Below are positions 49,913 through 64,000 of a DNA stretch of 64,000 nt, piece by piece. The notes beneath the pieces are model-generated. The model was given only the letters and a program-made list of their open reading frames with translations. It ran no database searches and was not told where the DNA came from. This DNA is from Phoronis australis. Its lineage: Eukaryota; Animalia; Phoronida. Position numbers and translations under genes: made by a program. Each line of letters starts with the position of its first letter. The stretch's first letter is position 1. The DNA lies in NCBI GenBank assembly GCA_002633005.1, contig NMRA01000763.1, positions 95,542-159,541 on the forward strand. Reading direction: 5' to 3'.

Positions 49913-52900
49913 ATTGAAAAAATTGATTTTGTCGGTTGTTTGTAAAATACTCGCTTTTGTCTAATTACAAGCCATACCCATACCCCAACGATGTGCTGCG
50001 ACCCACGGATAACCAAAACAGGAGAATAATTTAGAATGAAAATTGTGAAGGTAAACTAACGTACTGCATTAATATAAATAACTGTAGTTTGATATTTTGA
50101 AAGTTCTCAAGTCCAAACACTCTTAACAGGAGAAATAAAACTGTTTTTAAAATACTGTATCAGGCCCAAGATTTACGATTCCGACAGACAAGAAAGTTAG
50201 TTTGTCCGAAATAAGGCCACGAAAGCAGAAGCCGGTTATTCAAAGTCAACGACAGCGAAGCAGCAAAATTTTAGTGGCGGTAAAACAAAGTTTGAAAATG
50301 TAAATGAAAACGAAAGCTCAGAGCACATTGCTGAACTGTGTTTGGATCTTTTCCAGAGGCACTGGGTCTTCGAGTGTTTAATATCTTAAAATATTTTGTT
50401 CCAAATCACCGTTCAGAACCTCATGTCATTAAAGCTTGAACTTTTAGTTTTCCCCGCTATGGGCTTTCGTACTTGCGTGTATTTGTGGACTTAAAAACCT
50501 TTGGAAAATGAAAGCCGTGGTTTCATACCTTCAGAAATCACACTTTCTCACTTCTAATTTTAAATTGAAGTCATGTACATGTAGGTTTTATTGCTTCCAA
50601 AAGATTGGTTTCCTTTTAACCGTATTGTAGATTTAATAGCGATTTGGTCATTCTTCGAACGGTGACTTTGGATGACTACATGTAGTATACCATTAACTCG
50701 CGGAATTGAACGTCGAAAGCAGTGGCAGTATACCCAAGGTGGGCCCTGACAACTAACACGAATGTCACCAGTTATGTTCATCTGAAACCACCCTTGTTTG
50801 ATTTGAGAAAGTGAAGTTCAAATTTTACGCCAGTCATTCAGCATATGTCTTTATTCATGAACACCGTTTCACACCTGGTTTCAAGGCAAAAAACTGTAAA
50901 TTTAAGTAAAATACAAAAGTACATTAAGGTTAAAACAATGGTATCAATCACACAGTTGAATTTCATTCGATGAAAATAAATGTTTCAGAAGTCATCACAG
51001 AAAAACAGTTAACATGATCATTTCATTTTCGTTTTATGAACGGTGTTTAAATCATGGTATTTGACATTTTACGTAAATCTGAACTGCTATTCTGATACGA
51101 ATCTTCAAAATTAGAAAAATTTTAACGTTATTCCAAAGGTAATACATGATCTGAACAACCATGACCTCACCACTACTAACAGAGAACCAAAGATAACACT
51201 GTACCAAATACTCAAGTGATACCCTAATTGGAAAGGTAAAAAAAATCTCTGATGTTGCACCTTCCGTGAGGGCGCGCCATCAGATGCTGTCTTACACGGT
51301 ACACGAAGGACGATAGAGGTATGAAACTTTCGTTATTGATAACACTTTGTCTGGCTGACACTTGCAGTTACAGTTGTCTACGTGTCAACTTTGTGGTGTC
51401 CAAATCATTGGAACAGCGTTTAAGTGCTGTCGAACATTATTTGGATCCTTTCGAGAGGTGGCACTGGCACTTCTAAAAAGTAGTTTCAAACAGGAACGTG
51501 CATACAAATCTCCGAACATTTTGCTAACTGAAATAAATGAAAGTTCAAAATTTTAGCTTTCAAACTAATGGACTTTCGACCTAGTTTGGACCTTTGGATT
51601 TATGGATTTTTGGACTTGCTCACCTTCGGACCAATGAATAAGTGATTTCATACTTTCTGCTCACACTCTTTCTCACTTGCACTTTTCAATTCAGATCATA
51701 AGTTTTCATTGCTTCCAATGAGATGATTTTGTTTAAACATCATTGTAGACTTTTAATGAATTCTCCTAATTTCGTCAAATCACTTGACATTGGCTGACTA
51801 GTATACCATTGCCATGCGGGATCTGACGTGGCAAGCACTGAGAGTGTACCAAAGGTGCCGCTGGACCACTCACAGGAATGAAATCAGAGTCAAAAGCTAT
51901 GGTGCCGTTCACCCCTAAGTATCCTGGAAGTTAAATGCTTTGACTGTCTGTGTGTTCTACGAGTCATCAAAACTGAACAGCATCCTTGTTTGATTTGGAA
52001 AAGTCAAGTCATTCAGGTAGTTATTTTTATTCATATACATTGTATTACATCTAGTTTCAGGCACGGTCCCTCAAAAACCGTAACATAAGCAAAAGGAAAA
52101 CCCATGTTCATGGTAAAACAATGATATCAATAACAAGAACGAATTTCATTTCATGAAAGTGTTCCAGAAGTGACATCAGAACTCTATTGACGTTCTAAAT
52201 TATGCTCTCTATTTTTTGTTCTGTTAACTGTCTTTAAATCACAGTATTTGGAGGCGTTACAGGAATCAAAATAGCTATTTCTCTGATATAAACGTTTAGA
52301 GTTAGAGAAATATAGACGTTTGTTCCAGGGTCTTATATGATCTGAGCAAGCAGGACACTGACCTTACCACCACTGGCACAGAACAAAAGATGTCGCTGAA
52401 CCACCAACACAAAATGATACCGTAATCGGAAACGTAAAAAATCCCTTAAGTTTCACTCTCCATTAGGCTGCATCATGAGATGCTGCCCTTAAAGATATAT
52501 GAAGGACGTGTAACTGTCGTTATTGACAAGATTTTGGACTGACTGACACTTGTGACAACTTTGTGGTGTCTTGATCATTGTAACAGCTTTAAAGTGATAA
52601 CGGTATTTTACTTGTACTCTGGCTTGTACTCAAGTTTTAGTTTTTGGTTCGTAATGGCGCATATGTACTTTAAATGGATACACCTCTCCATGCATTAAGC
52701 AGCAAGATTAGTGGTGGTAAACAAATATTTGAAAATGTAAATAAATGCAACATCTCTGCACATTGTTGATTATTGTTTTGATCCTTCCGACAGGCTCTCA
52801 GGGTTCCATAAAGTAGTCTCAAATAGGCACGTGCATATAAATACCCGAACCTTCTTCTCCAAACAAGTTTTCAAAATCTTGATACTTGAAAATTCTAACT

Positions 52901-55900
52901 TTTAGCTTCGGACTGGTGCGGACCTTCGAATTTATAGATTTTTGGACGTTTAAGCTTTCAGACCAATGAATACCTTGAATTCATACCTTCTGCTCAAACT
53001 ATTTCTCACTCGTAGATTTCAATTCACATCATGCAATTTCATTGCCTCCAAGGGGTTGATTTCGTTTGAATTTTATTGTAGGTTTTTAGAGGCTTCGCCA
53101 AATTTCTTCGAACCACTGGACTGACTAATATACCACTAGCATGTGGCATGCAGGATTTGACGTCGCGAACAGTGGGATGAAACCACAGGACCACTTACAC
53201 GAATGACACCATAGCCAAAATGTATGGTGTCATTAAGCTGTAAACATCCTGGATTTTACATGCTTTGACCGCATGTGCCTTCTAGGACCCATCAATTCAC
53301 ACCTGGTTTCAGGGCACAATAGATTATTTCTCAAAACCCGTAAAATTTAGCTTAGGACAAAAAGCACATTAATGGTAAATCAAAGGTATCAATAACAAAA
53401 ATCGAAGTTAATTTAATGAAGGTGTTCCAGAAGTCATCTCAGAACTCTGTTAAAGTTGTAAAACATGCTCTTATCATTTTCGTTTTCTGAACGGTGTTTA
53501 AATCAATAGTACATGTATTTGAAATTTTTACATCAATGTGAACTGTCATGTCTGAGATACAAACCTTAGAGAATTGTAGACGTTCTTTTCTAGGGTCTTA
53601 CAGGCTTCAAACAACAAAGACCATGGCCTTGTCACCAGTGGCAGTGAATCAAAGATGTTGCTGAACCACGAACACAAAATAACACTAGAGTTGAAAAGGT
53701 AAAAGCTGCTTCTTCCGTGAGGGCGCGCGCCATGAGTTGCTGTTTTACCGATTCATGAAAGACGACAGTGGTGTATAGCTTTTATTATTTATAATATTTT
53801 AGTCTGGGTGGCACTTGCAGTTACAGTTCTCCACCAATGACAATTGTGTTGTGTCCGGGTCGCGTCGTTGTGAAATATTTTAAGTTTTGGCTGTATTTTA
53901 CTTGTACTCTGGGTTGTACTCAGGTTTTAGTGTTTGGTTCCTGATGACACACATGTACTTTGAATGGATACACCTCTCCATCCACTAAATCTATCACCAT
54001 TCGCTTAAACCACACGTTTGTTGTCTTGCTCGTGTATTCGCGTTGACGCTGATGCTCTTTATAATCCCGACTAACAATTACACTAACCTACTGACACAAG
54101 CCCAAACGTTCCCAGAAAGACAGCATGAATAAATCCAAATAATGTAAAAGGTCACAAAAATTTTGTTAATACGTGTTCTTTTGTCTTTTGACTCGCCATA
54201 CCCACGCAACAGCGATACGCTGCAACCCACGGATAACCAAAACGGAAGAAGAAGCATGGAAGAAGAAAATTCATAACCGAATACTAAAGCTAAGAAGGGA
54301 AAATAATGTTGCTTGCGAATCATAATGGATTGGTATAAATAGGATAGAGCTCAATGCTCCGAAGGTGTACACGCTAGAAGGCAAATTATGCGACAAATGA
54401 AAACGTTTTCAAAAGGACCTTGAGTCCGAAGGTTTACAAATCCAACAAAAAGAAGGTCTAGTTGAAACAATTGACGAGATCTAACAACAGAGGAGCAAAA
54501 TTTTACTGGCTGTATTCCAAAATTTGATAATGTAACTAAATGTAGCGACTCAGTAAGCATTGACAAAATTTGTTTGGATCCCATTGAGGAGCACTGGCTC
54601 TTCGAATCACTAGTTTCAAACGGCACGTGTGCAGAAACTAACTCCAAAATTTTTCACGAAATCACTTTTCAGAACCTCGTGTCCAGAAAGATCGAACGTT
54701 TACTTTTGAAAATGATAAGCATTCGAACTTCAGTGGATATTCAGATTTATGGATTCTTGGTCTAACTAACCTTGAAACCGAGAAATACTGTGATTTCATA
54801 CTTTCGGCCCAAACACGTTCTCACTTGTAGATTTCAATTCAGGTCGTATTGCTTTATCACTTTCAAGGGGTTCATTTTTAGCGACTTGTCCCAGTGTGCA
54901 ACAACCGGACTTTGGCTGACTAATATACCACCCACGTGTGATATGTGTAACTGAAGTTGCCAGCAGTGACAGTATATCAAATGTGTTGCAGGACCACTAT
55001 GACGAAAGACATCAGAGTCAAACGGTGTGGTGCAGTTCATCTGTAAACGTCCTGGACGTGTGTACTCCTATGTGCAACTTGTTTGATTCGGAAAAATGAA
55101 GTAAAAATTCTATTCGCTACTCATTCAGACACCGTCTTTATTCATGTACACTGTTTCATACCTGGTTCCAGGGCACAATCTCTCAAAAACTGCAAAACTT
55201 TGCAAAAGAAAATAGCACATTATTAGTAAAACAACGGTGTCAATAACAATATCGAATTTCATTTAATAAAAATATTTCAGAAGTGGTATCAGAAACACTG
55301 TTAATAATCTAAAATATGATCATTTCATTTTCGTTTAGTGAACGACTTTTAAATAATAGTATTGGAATGTTTCACATAAATCTGAAGAGCTATTTCTGAG
55401 AAATGTTCTTAACACTTATTTAGGGTCATACAGGATCTGAACAAGCAGGATCCACTACTGGCAACAAACCAAACTTGTCGCTGAGACACTAACACAAAAA
55501 GACACCAGAGTCAGAAAGGTAAGAGAAGCCCTGAAGTTGCCTCTTGTGTCATGCCACATGCCATGAGGTGCTGTCTTACCCGATGCATGAAGCACGATAG
55601 GGGTAACTGTCGTTATTGATAACACTTTGGTCTTCACCTGTTACCACTTTTGGTGTCCATTTCGTTGTAAGAGACTTCAAGTGTTGCCTGCATTTTAGTT
55701 GCACCCTTGGTTCTACTCATGCATTAATGCTTGGGCTGTGGTGACGCACATCCGATCTAATGAATAGATCTGCCCATTTGTCAATTGTATTTACAATTTG
55801 CTTGGACTAGACGTTTGTTATTTTTCTTGCTTGACGCTAACGCACTTTCTAATACCGCCCAACAATTGCCCTAACATACCAATGATAAGGAAAATGAAAT

Positions 55901-57799
55901 GTTTTAAAAAGACCCTATTTGGCCAAGTGTTCACAACTCCGACAGAAAAAAAGCTAGTTAGATCAAAACTGGTTTCAAGATTTATGATACCAGAAACCTC
56001 AACAACAGCGGAACAGCAAAACTTTATTGGCGGTAACCACTTTGTTTGCCTCCTTTCCAGAGGCACAGGCTCTTCGAAGAACTACAGGCATGTGCTTCCA
56101 AATTCCCGAATATTTTGCTCGAAATCGCTGTTCGGAACCTCTTGTCATGAAAGTTTGAAGTTTTAGCGTTCGAACAAATGGGGTTTAGGACTTGCGTTGA
56201 TCTTCGAAATTGAAGACTTATAAACCGTGAATTTATACCTTAGGTCCTGCCCCCCCCCTCCCCCCCTAAATCCGCCTATGCGTTTACGCAACCTCGAGGG
56301 AGGACGTATGCTTGAAGAATCTGGGGAAAAGGAACTGGCTAATATAGGTGACGCAATATTTCATTGCGTCGAAAGTCGACGCAAAAGATCACGCCATAAC
56401 TTTAGCAGCAGAATAATTGTAGAAAACTAATTGTTGCAACGCTGGTAAATAACTTAGATTACTCTAGGAAGATTTTATTCGGTCAGTTTTTACCCACAAT
56501 GGCACAAATTTGTATATTTAATTTAGTAAACAGCTTCGAACCAAGGCTAGAGCCTTCCGAGCCCTTTGGCGTAAGAACACAATACTTGGTGTTTTGCGTA
56601 TACTTCAAGGGGTAAAACTTTGAAAATAATATTTTTGGGGTAACCTGGTACATGTTATCCTAAATAAGTAATCTGTGTTTTCATGTAGAGCGCAAAAATG
56701 ATTAACCCATTGATTCAAAAAGAACACTCTCGCAAACGAAAACGCACACAATTTTCAGCTATATTACACTGGTTAAAAACAACTTCTATAAGTTTATTGC
56801 CTCGGATTCTAGTGATCACCAGGGCAAGTCAAAACTCTTAAGGGGACACAATTTTAAACCTTTGGTATGAATCAGCGATATAAAAATGGAAATAGACCGA
56901 CTTAAGTTCATCAGCAATGTAGACACAACAGTTACAGACACTGACTGCGTTTGTTAACGTCTTGTGGCAATGATAAAAATAATCACGATTTTTTCTACTA
57001 TGATTGATAACAAGTTTTACTCTGATAAGGTATGATGCAATATGAATGTCTAATTTGCAGATCGGCATTTGCAAAAATGTTTACTGGGTTTAATGAATCC
57101 GTTTGTTATGAACCACTGTAAAAGTATGATTACTTATTGTACATTCGAAGCACGCCTCATAAGAATAAAAACATACACATGCGTGATGATCCTGGGGATA
57201 CCTCTATTACAGGCATGAATGAAGATACATAGTTGTTAAGCCATAGAAGATAATAAGGCTTACATAATATCACACTGAGCCATCTACACCAGGCATATAC
57301 AAAGGATACAATAGTTCAAAAGAAGCCACTACTACTCATTTTTCATAGTATTTACTAAATCACAAACACCTAGATTTATGTAAGAAGTTACATAGTACGA
57401 TGCTACACAACCCGCTCTGCCACATTTATAGAAGACCTAAGTGGAAACATTTAACGACATATATTTTCTATGCAAGATTAAAACCACGCAAAACATGTTA
57501 ACTCTCCAGGACCAAAAATAAATATCTCAAAACCAGAACTTTTACTTAAGCAAGAATTAAAACAATGCAATATATTGAGATTGTTTTCACACAGAAGACC
57601 AAAAAACAAATCAAGACCAAAATTCACCACGTCAAGACTGAAAATTCATCACATCAGCACCTATACTTTATCACGTGAGGACCAAAAATTCTTCACTTCA
57701 GGATCAAAATAAAATACGACCGAACTTAAATTTTAATAAGTCAAGTTCAAAAACTTACCATGTCTGTAACTTATCATGCCAGGACACCACGCCATCATC

Positions 57800-58430
57800 C
57801 CCAAGCATTGATCATTCAAAGTGATAATGTCCGTACTACACGAATAAACAAGGGCTAAGTGTTCAACCTCTCGCCGGCGACAGACATATTATCTTGGAAA
57901 TGCGGTTGAATTTCTTTCATCTAATCCACGTTTTACAATAGATGCCAATGTATAGGTACACACTGGATTGTCATCATTGCATAATGGGTGATCACGTAGT
58001 CTCTGGGCATGAAAACAATTCTCTCCCGGCGTGATAAGTTTTCTGACACAATAAATCCTGGTTGCCAATTGTTTTTGATTCTACAGAGATTTCAGTTCTT
58101 GAATAGAAAGTGTGTTCTGGATTTTTCCGCTTCAGCTTTCCATTCAGCTAACTAGTGCACAGCAGTGTTTTTAATATCCCGTGACGGCTGCACTGCAACG
58201 AATCACTTCTGGTACAACATTCCGTAAATGACGTTCGTATTTTGCACATTTCTTCGGTTTAACAGTTTTCCAAGAGCAATATATTCATTGGACAAGTTTC
58301 GGTTTGGTATTCGGTTTTATTTTCTTTCTCAGGTAGTCCTTGAGCTCATGCTCTGAAAGTTTTGAAAACGCAACCGGCTCGCTGAATTCATCAACCAAAC
58401 ATTTATTTTTAAAAATTCTCTCAAAAGTGG
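57800..58430 (-). mobile_element. Decayed Crypton-like (DUF3504/tyrosine-recombinase-type) coding remnant
   Basis: FSKLSEHELKDYLRKKIKPNTK and YTLASIVKRGLDER resemble Crypton F..LSEEEL..L....PKNT and TL.SI..GL.R motifs. Multiple stops. Confidence 0.35.
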
Positions 58431-59810
58431 ACTTTTTTAAAACACCGTGTTGACCATATTCGTCAGTGTAGAAAAGCGAAATGAACTAATTTGTACATAC
58501 TGCTCAAAACTCTTTTGTGGTCATACGGAAACGCAAATTAACGTCTCTGTCTTACAACGCTGTGTGTGCTTGGCATTTCTGATAAAGCGCTTTCATGCTG
58601 GGAATTTTTGGAAGATAAGAGCACCGTTTCAAAAAATTGTATTTCCTCTTATAGCTGAGCACAGAAGAATTATTCTGCGATTTTAGGACTGAAACGGAAC
58701 CATTAGAATTTGCAAAACTCGGGGAGGGGGGGATGGCGATACAAGCATGATTTTTTATTTTCGCGCCAAACATGAAGTTGCCACTTCTCATGCAACGTCA
58801 CTTACTACCTAAAGTGGCCAGATCATACGCTATAAATATCACAAGACGCTTTGCTTCTCAAAAGTGCACCTTGATCAATTTTCTATCATTGTTTTCGACA
58901 TCGCAATCGCTTTACCAAAGATTCACGCACATATGCCGCGTAGAGTCAAATACCTCTTCACCACGTATTCACATCTCCCGTTCACAATTACTTTATTTTA
59001 CATAACTTGTCAATATATTGTTGACAGAAAATATTCAATTTTGGAACAACGCGAACGACCAACTGATAGGGGCCTACGTGTACATGTACGTGTGACTAGC
59101 TCAAGATTTTAACGTCACCGATACATGAAAACGGAATGAGCAAAGCTACAATTGGCTTCAGCCTCAACAGTGGTCATTACGTGTTTGGTGTCACCGTCTA
59201 CGTTCGTGGAAATCGTAACCATAGTATGATATCGAAGTTAGAGCCATCGAAGTCCGTGGGTTTAGGGCATACTGGACCGTACGTGAATTTCAGTTCGCAT
59301 CTGTACTGCAAGGGCCAATACTATAAAATCCCCGAGTGAGAGCCCTTCGCGGTGTAACAACTCACTCACTATCTAATCACCATGGGCGCGTGATAGGAGA
59401 CTGGTGACTAACTTATAAAACGTAAAAAGATGCAGTTTGGCGTTACACAAACAAAATCAATTGTGGTCGAAGACTGTCAAACATAGCTGCGTTTACAAAA
59501 TGACTACAGCGTTGTATTAAACGACAAGCAGCCAATCTAATGCAACTTGTTAACGTCGCGAGTCAAATTAAAGATCAAATGTAAAGAAATGTTCACGTTT
59601 TTTATCCAAAACGTGTTGCATTGTCCATAATCCAATGCTTACTATTACCGCTTGCCTTCAACCTTCGAATTTGTGGTGTTACACAACCGATGTGACCGCA
59701 TGTAACCGAGACGGTAAAACTACGTTAATTTATTTGACCGCATCGACTCTCAAAGTGGTATCAGCCTGACAACCTATTACGCAACTGCTACTCTAGCCTA
59801 AAAATAGCAG

Positions 59811-60802
59811 CCTGGGCCCGGTCTCCAATCTCCGTACTCAGACTCGAATCATGCTCAAACTCACACTTCATACTCAACTCGAGTACAGACTCAGCTTTGG
59901 TGTATTCAATGTCATACTCGAAAAATCTGTACTCGAAATTTCGAGCACGTACTCAGTTTTCGAGTGTACTCGAACTGAAGTGTATCTCATCTATATTTCG
60001 AGTACGATTTTGAGTAAAAANNNNNNNNNNNNNNNNNNNNNNNNNNNNNNNNNNNNNNNNNNNNNNNNNNNNNNNNNNNNNNNNNNNNNNNNNNNNNNNN
60101 NNNNNNNNNNNNNNNNNNNNNNNNNNNNNNNNNNNNNNNNNNNNNNNNNNNNNNNNNNNNNNNNNNNNNNNNNNNNNNNNNNNNNNNNNNNNNNNNNNNN
60201 NNNNNNNNNNNNNNNNNNNNNNNNNNNNNNNNNNNNNNNNNNNNNNNNNNNNNNNNNNNNNNNNNNNNNNNNNNNNNNNNNNNNNNNNNNNNNNNNNNNN
60301 NNNNNNNNNNNNNNNNNNNNNNNNNNNNNNNNNNNNNNNNNNNNNNNNNNNNNNNNNNNNNNNNNNNNNNNNNNNNNNNNNNNNNNNNNNNNNNNNNNNN
60401 NNNNNNNNNNNNNNNNNNNNNNNNNNNNNNNNNNNNNNNNNNNNNNNNNNNNNNNNNNNNNNNNNNNNNNNNNNNNNNNNNNNNNNNNNNNNNNNNNNNN
60501 NNNNNNNNNNNNNNNNNNNNNNTGTAGCGACAGCAGACGATAATGTAGGCCTAGTTCTTGGGGTGGTCTATTCCAATAGGGAGCGATGAATCAGCGCGGC
60601 TTTGCGTGATTTTGCATTTCACATCATAAAGAGTTCCATAGCAACTCGAGTATGAGTGTCAGATTTGAGTACGTTTGGAGTCTACTCGAAATCCGACATT
60701 AGATACGCTTTTTTTAGTACGACTCCAGTGAGCACGATTTTGAGTATGAAATCTCGAGTATGAGTATGAGTCTGAGTACGGAGATTGGAGACCGGGCCCA
60801 GG
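59811..60802. mobile_element. Harbinger/Tourist-like MITE spanning a gap
   Basis: CCTGGGCCCGGTCTCCAATCTCCGTACTCAGACTC and its exact reverse complement ending at 60802. Internal tactc/gagta subrepeats. Confidence 0.75.
60021..60522. other. Assembly gap
   Basis: Run of N. Confidence 1.
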
Positions 60803-63129
60803 TCGGCTGAAGAGTCGGCTGAAGGGTCGGCTGGGGAGTCGCTTTATGAGTCGGCATTGCGGGCGGCTGCCGGTCGGCTATTTTTTAGCCGACCGGTGGA
60901 CGGCCGGTCGTCGACCAATTTCCGACCGATCGGACAAAGAGACAAAAGGTATGGTGCTGCTAAGCTGTAAATCTCCTGGAAGTTATTGTTTCGACTGCAT
61001 GCGAGTTTGTTTAAGAGAGAAAAGTAAAGTGAAACATGAACTCCCCAGTCATTCAGGCATCTCTTAATTTTTTCATTTACACTCTTTCTCACCTGGTTTT
61101 GGCTCACATTCTCTCAAAAATCATAGTATTTAGCAAATTAAAGACAGAGCTCATTGATAGTAAAACAGCGGTCACAATAACAAGGTCGAATTTACTTGAA
61201 TGCTAAATTTTCCAGGAGTGATCTAGGAAATACTCTTTCATGTTCTAAAATATGATCACTTCATTTCCGTTTTGTGAACTGCGTTTAACTATTGGTATTT
61301 CAACGTTTTACATAAATGTGAACAACTATTTCTGAGATAAATTTAAATATTCAAACTGTGAGAGAAATATAGAGACTTTTTAGGATCATACAGGACCTGA
61401 ACAAGCAGCAACCTTGACCTCGCTACCACTGGAAGAGAACCTAAGATGACGCCGATAGCCTACACAAAATAAAATCGGAGACTGAAAGGTAAAAAGACCC
61501 GTAAGTCGCACTTCCGTGAGAGCGCACGCTGTGAGATGCTGTCTTTCCAGATACATGAAGGACGATAGTGCTGATTAAATTTCGTTATTAATAACATTTG
61601 TGTCTTCGCATTTACAGCTCGCCACCGGTTACAACTGTGTGGTTTCCAGATTATTGTAATAATTCTTAAGGGTTGACTGTAGTTTTGTTGTACTCTGGGT
61701 TGTACTCAAGTATTAGTGTTTGGATGTGATGACGCACATGTACTTCAAATGAATAGATCTCTATACATCCATCAAATTTATTACACTAGACATTTGTTGC
61801 AGGTCTTGGTGGTACAATTGTGCAGACGCTGGCGCTCTTTCCGACTGACAATTGCACTAACACACTTATACAAGCCCTAACATACTAAAACAACGGCATG
61901 ACTGAACCCAAATTACGTTCAAGACCCCAAAATGCATGCTGAATGATGTTAATTAAATTCCTTTGCAGATTTCACAAGCAGAAGCAGCATTGAAAACAAC
62001 TGATTTGTCGACTGTCTGTAAATTTAATTAATACACGTTTTTATCTATTTACGTGCCATATCCATACCAACGATACGATGGGACCTACGGATATCCAAAA
62101 CGGAAGAAGTAAAGTGACGTTGCTTACTTTTCATACTGCATTAGTATATATAAGACACAGCTCAAGGTTCTCAAGCGTTATAACGCCTATAAAACAGCAA
62201 ATTAGAACTTTTTGAAAAGGTCATGTCAAGCCAAAGGTTCACAAATCCGAGTGAAAGGATTGCTAGTTAGTTCGACAATCTTTGAGACCAGAAATTAGTG
62301 ATACAAAGTCATTGCCAGGGGAGCAGCACACTTTTAGTAACAGGAAGCTAAAAATGTAAATAAAAGCAACAGCTCACTGATCACTGCCAAACTGTTTGGC
62401 TCCTTTCGAGAGGCTTTGGCTCTTCCATGAAGTAGTTTCAAACAGGACATGGATGGTCTTAGGTCACTTTTGAACGACTATTTAATCGTCTGTGTAGTAT
62501 CTCCTGCATATATCACTCATAATATGTATGGCCATGATCTTGTTCTGTTCTTTCTCTCAGTTGACGGTCTTTTTAAACTTCTGGCAGTATGTGGACACTA
62601 TGGTTTACCACATGAACTTGATAATCACTATCAAGGGCGTACTGTTATGCATGTGTTTTAAAAGTTAATTGTTAGGTACTTCTATCAATATGGTGAACCT
62701 TGAAAGGCTGTGCAATAGATGGAACATTTGGTGATCCTATATTATGGATGACTGTGACATCTCACAGTAACGAAAAAAACTACATGTTCAAGCCTTCTGA
62801 GTAATTAGAAAATACCATATGTGTAGTCTCCCTGTCAAGAATCAGTTGCTTATCTCTTTCTGTGTTCCAATGCATAGCACTCGCCGACTGGTGGAATTTG
62901 GACATGTTCAATATCTCATATATTTATGTGTTCAAGCGTTTTATAACATTTTATAAATTTGAAGGTACGCTGTGTACTGTTTTGAGACTCATTATTGTAA
63001 ATCGACCCTGAGACAAAGTATTTACCTGTTTTTATGTCACCTGAATGAAATTGGAAATTTCATTGCCTGTGGTACATGTACATGTATGATTGAATCCGAT
63101 CGCAAGTTTCCTTGTACATTCCGGACACG

Positions 63130-63975
63130 TGATCACGCAGTTTGTAATAGGGTTTTTATTTTAAAATAGTGTTAGCATTGGTTAACTTTTGTTCAATCTA
63201 TCACAATGTTAATTTTAAGCGTGAGTTTTACACGGTCACATTTTGGTGCTGTTTACATTTACTCAAACTCTATCTGCAATAAAATTATCGTATCCCATCA
63301 TACCCATGTGTTTCTATCGAGTACCAATCAAGCAGTCGCCTGGGTTTATGTTGGAACAAAGCATGCATGTGGTGGACTGGACGATCTGGGTTCAACACGA
63401 GGTGATTGCCGTGAATACCTTCGAAATGTGCGTTGGTTACTAAATGTCACACGAAGGATATTCCACTGGACGACATCAATAACACGTTTCTGTACACAGT
63501 TAACAAAAAGATTCACGGAACAGCCATGACAATGCTCAATGTACATAGCAGGATATCGAGCAACGGACACAGCAAAGTACTAACCTATTTTGAAGTCTGC
63601 CTGTGGTATGAATAAAACTGATATCACAATTACTTCTAAAAAACGTAGATTGTCGAGTATGTCACTGTGTCCATGCAACACGCAGTCGAGCAGTAATAGG
63701 GTTTTTATTTTGAAATAGTTTGTTATAGTTAACTCTTGTTAAATCTATCCTTATGCCTTATTTTAGGCGTGACTTTACATGGCCCAAAGTTAAGATTGTT
63801 GACTTACATATACTCAAAATATTTCTGCAACCAACTATGTTGTCCACTTCCAACTCATGATTCTATCGAGTACGAACATAACAATTACCCTTGTACATAA
63901 TGGTAAAAAGAACGCATGTGGTTGACTGGCGAGGTGATTGTCGTCAAAACCCTGTAAATGTCCTTTGGTTACTAA
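63130..63975 (+). repeat. Second, unrelated degenerate tandem repeat (~545-bp period), followed by (GCAACG)n at the window end
   Basis: gtaatagggtttttatttt.aaatagt at ~63143 and ~63693. tctatcgagtac and gcatgtggt.gactgg recur with the same spacing. Confidence 0.75.
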
Positions 63976-64000
63976 GCAACGGCAACGGCAACGGCAACGG

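Larger units (their letters stand above)
35521..62450 (+). repeat. Old degenerate tandem array of ~10 units (1.2-3.6 kb), interrupted by younger insertions and by a block at ~56240-60940
   Basis: The landmark gagatgctgtcttacccgatac..gaaggacgata recurs near 35555, 39195, 42060, 45510, 48760, 51280, 52475, 53730, 55560 and 61530. Other landmarks keep the same order and orientation. Confidence 0.9.

Noticed and set aside
49972-50050. Further exon-like cassette in the array (ccatacccatac...gaag|GTAAA)
   Set aside because: The donor is often present, but most units have ACG rather than AG at the acceptor position and lengths vary widely.
35521-62450. CRISPR-like repeat-spacer array
   Set aside because: Eukaryotic context, kb-scale units homologous along their length, no unique spacers and no cas genes.

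Overview
Eukaryotic genomic DNA, AT-rich, with three N-gaps. The repeat and gene content suggests a marine invertebrate, possibly a deuterostome such as a hemichordate (inference). Two spliced minus-strand genes can be assembled with consistent GT-AG sites and phases. The first is ANAPC5 (APC/C subunit 5): 16 coding exons, 27192->10708, about 728 aa. The second is a 4-exon, about 431-aa secreted protein (8521->4456) that joins a long coiled coil to a CTHRC1-type C-terminal domain and has no collagen repeat. The rest is transposon-rich: two Academ-type remnants, DINE-1/Helentron-like elements, a CAC..GTG TIR element with a 5-bp TSD, a THAP-bearing ISL2EU-like element, Kolobok- and Harbinger-like MITEs, tRNA-SINEs, a Penelope-like fragment with a hammerhead-like motif, and LINE and Crypton-like remnants. 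From about 35.5 to 62.4 kb lies an old tandem array of about 10 diverged 1.2-3.6 kb units carrying AG/GT-bounded exon-shaped cassettes, downstream of a CpG-rich region with a candidate first exon. All calls come from manual reading; no database searches were run.
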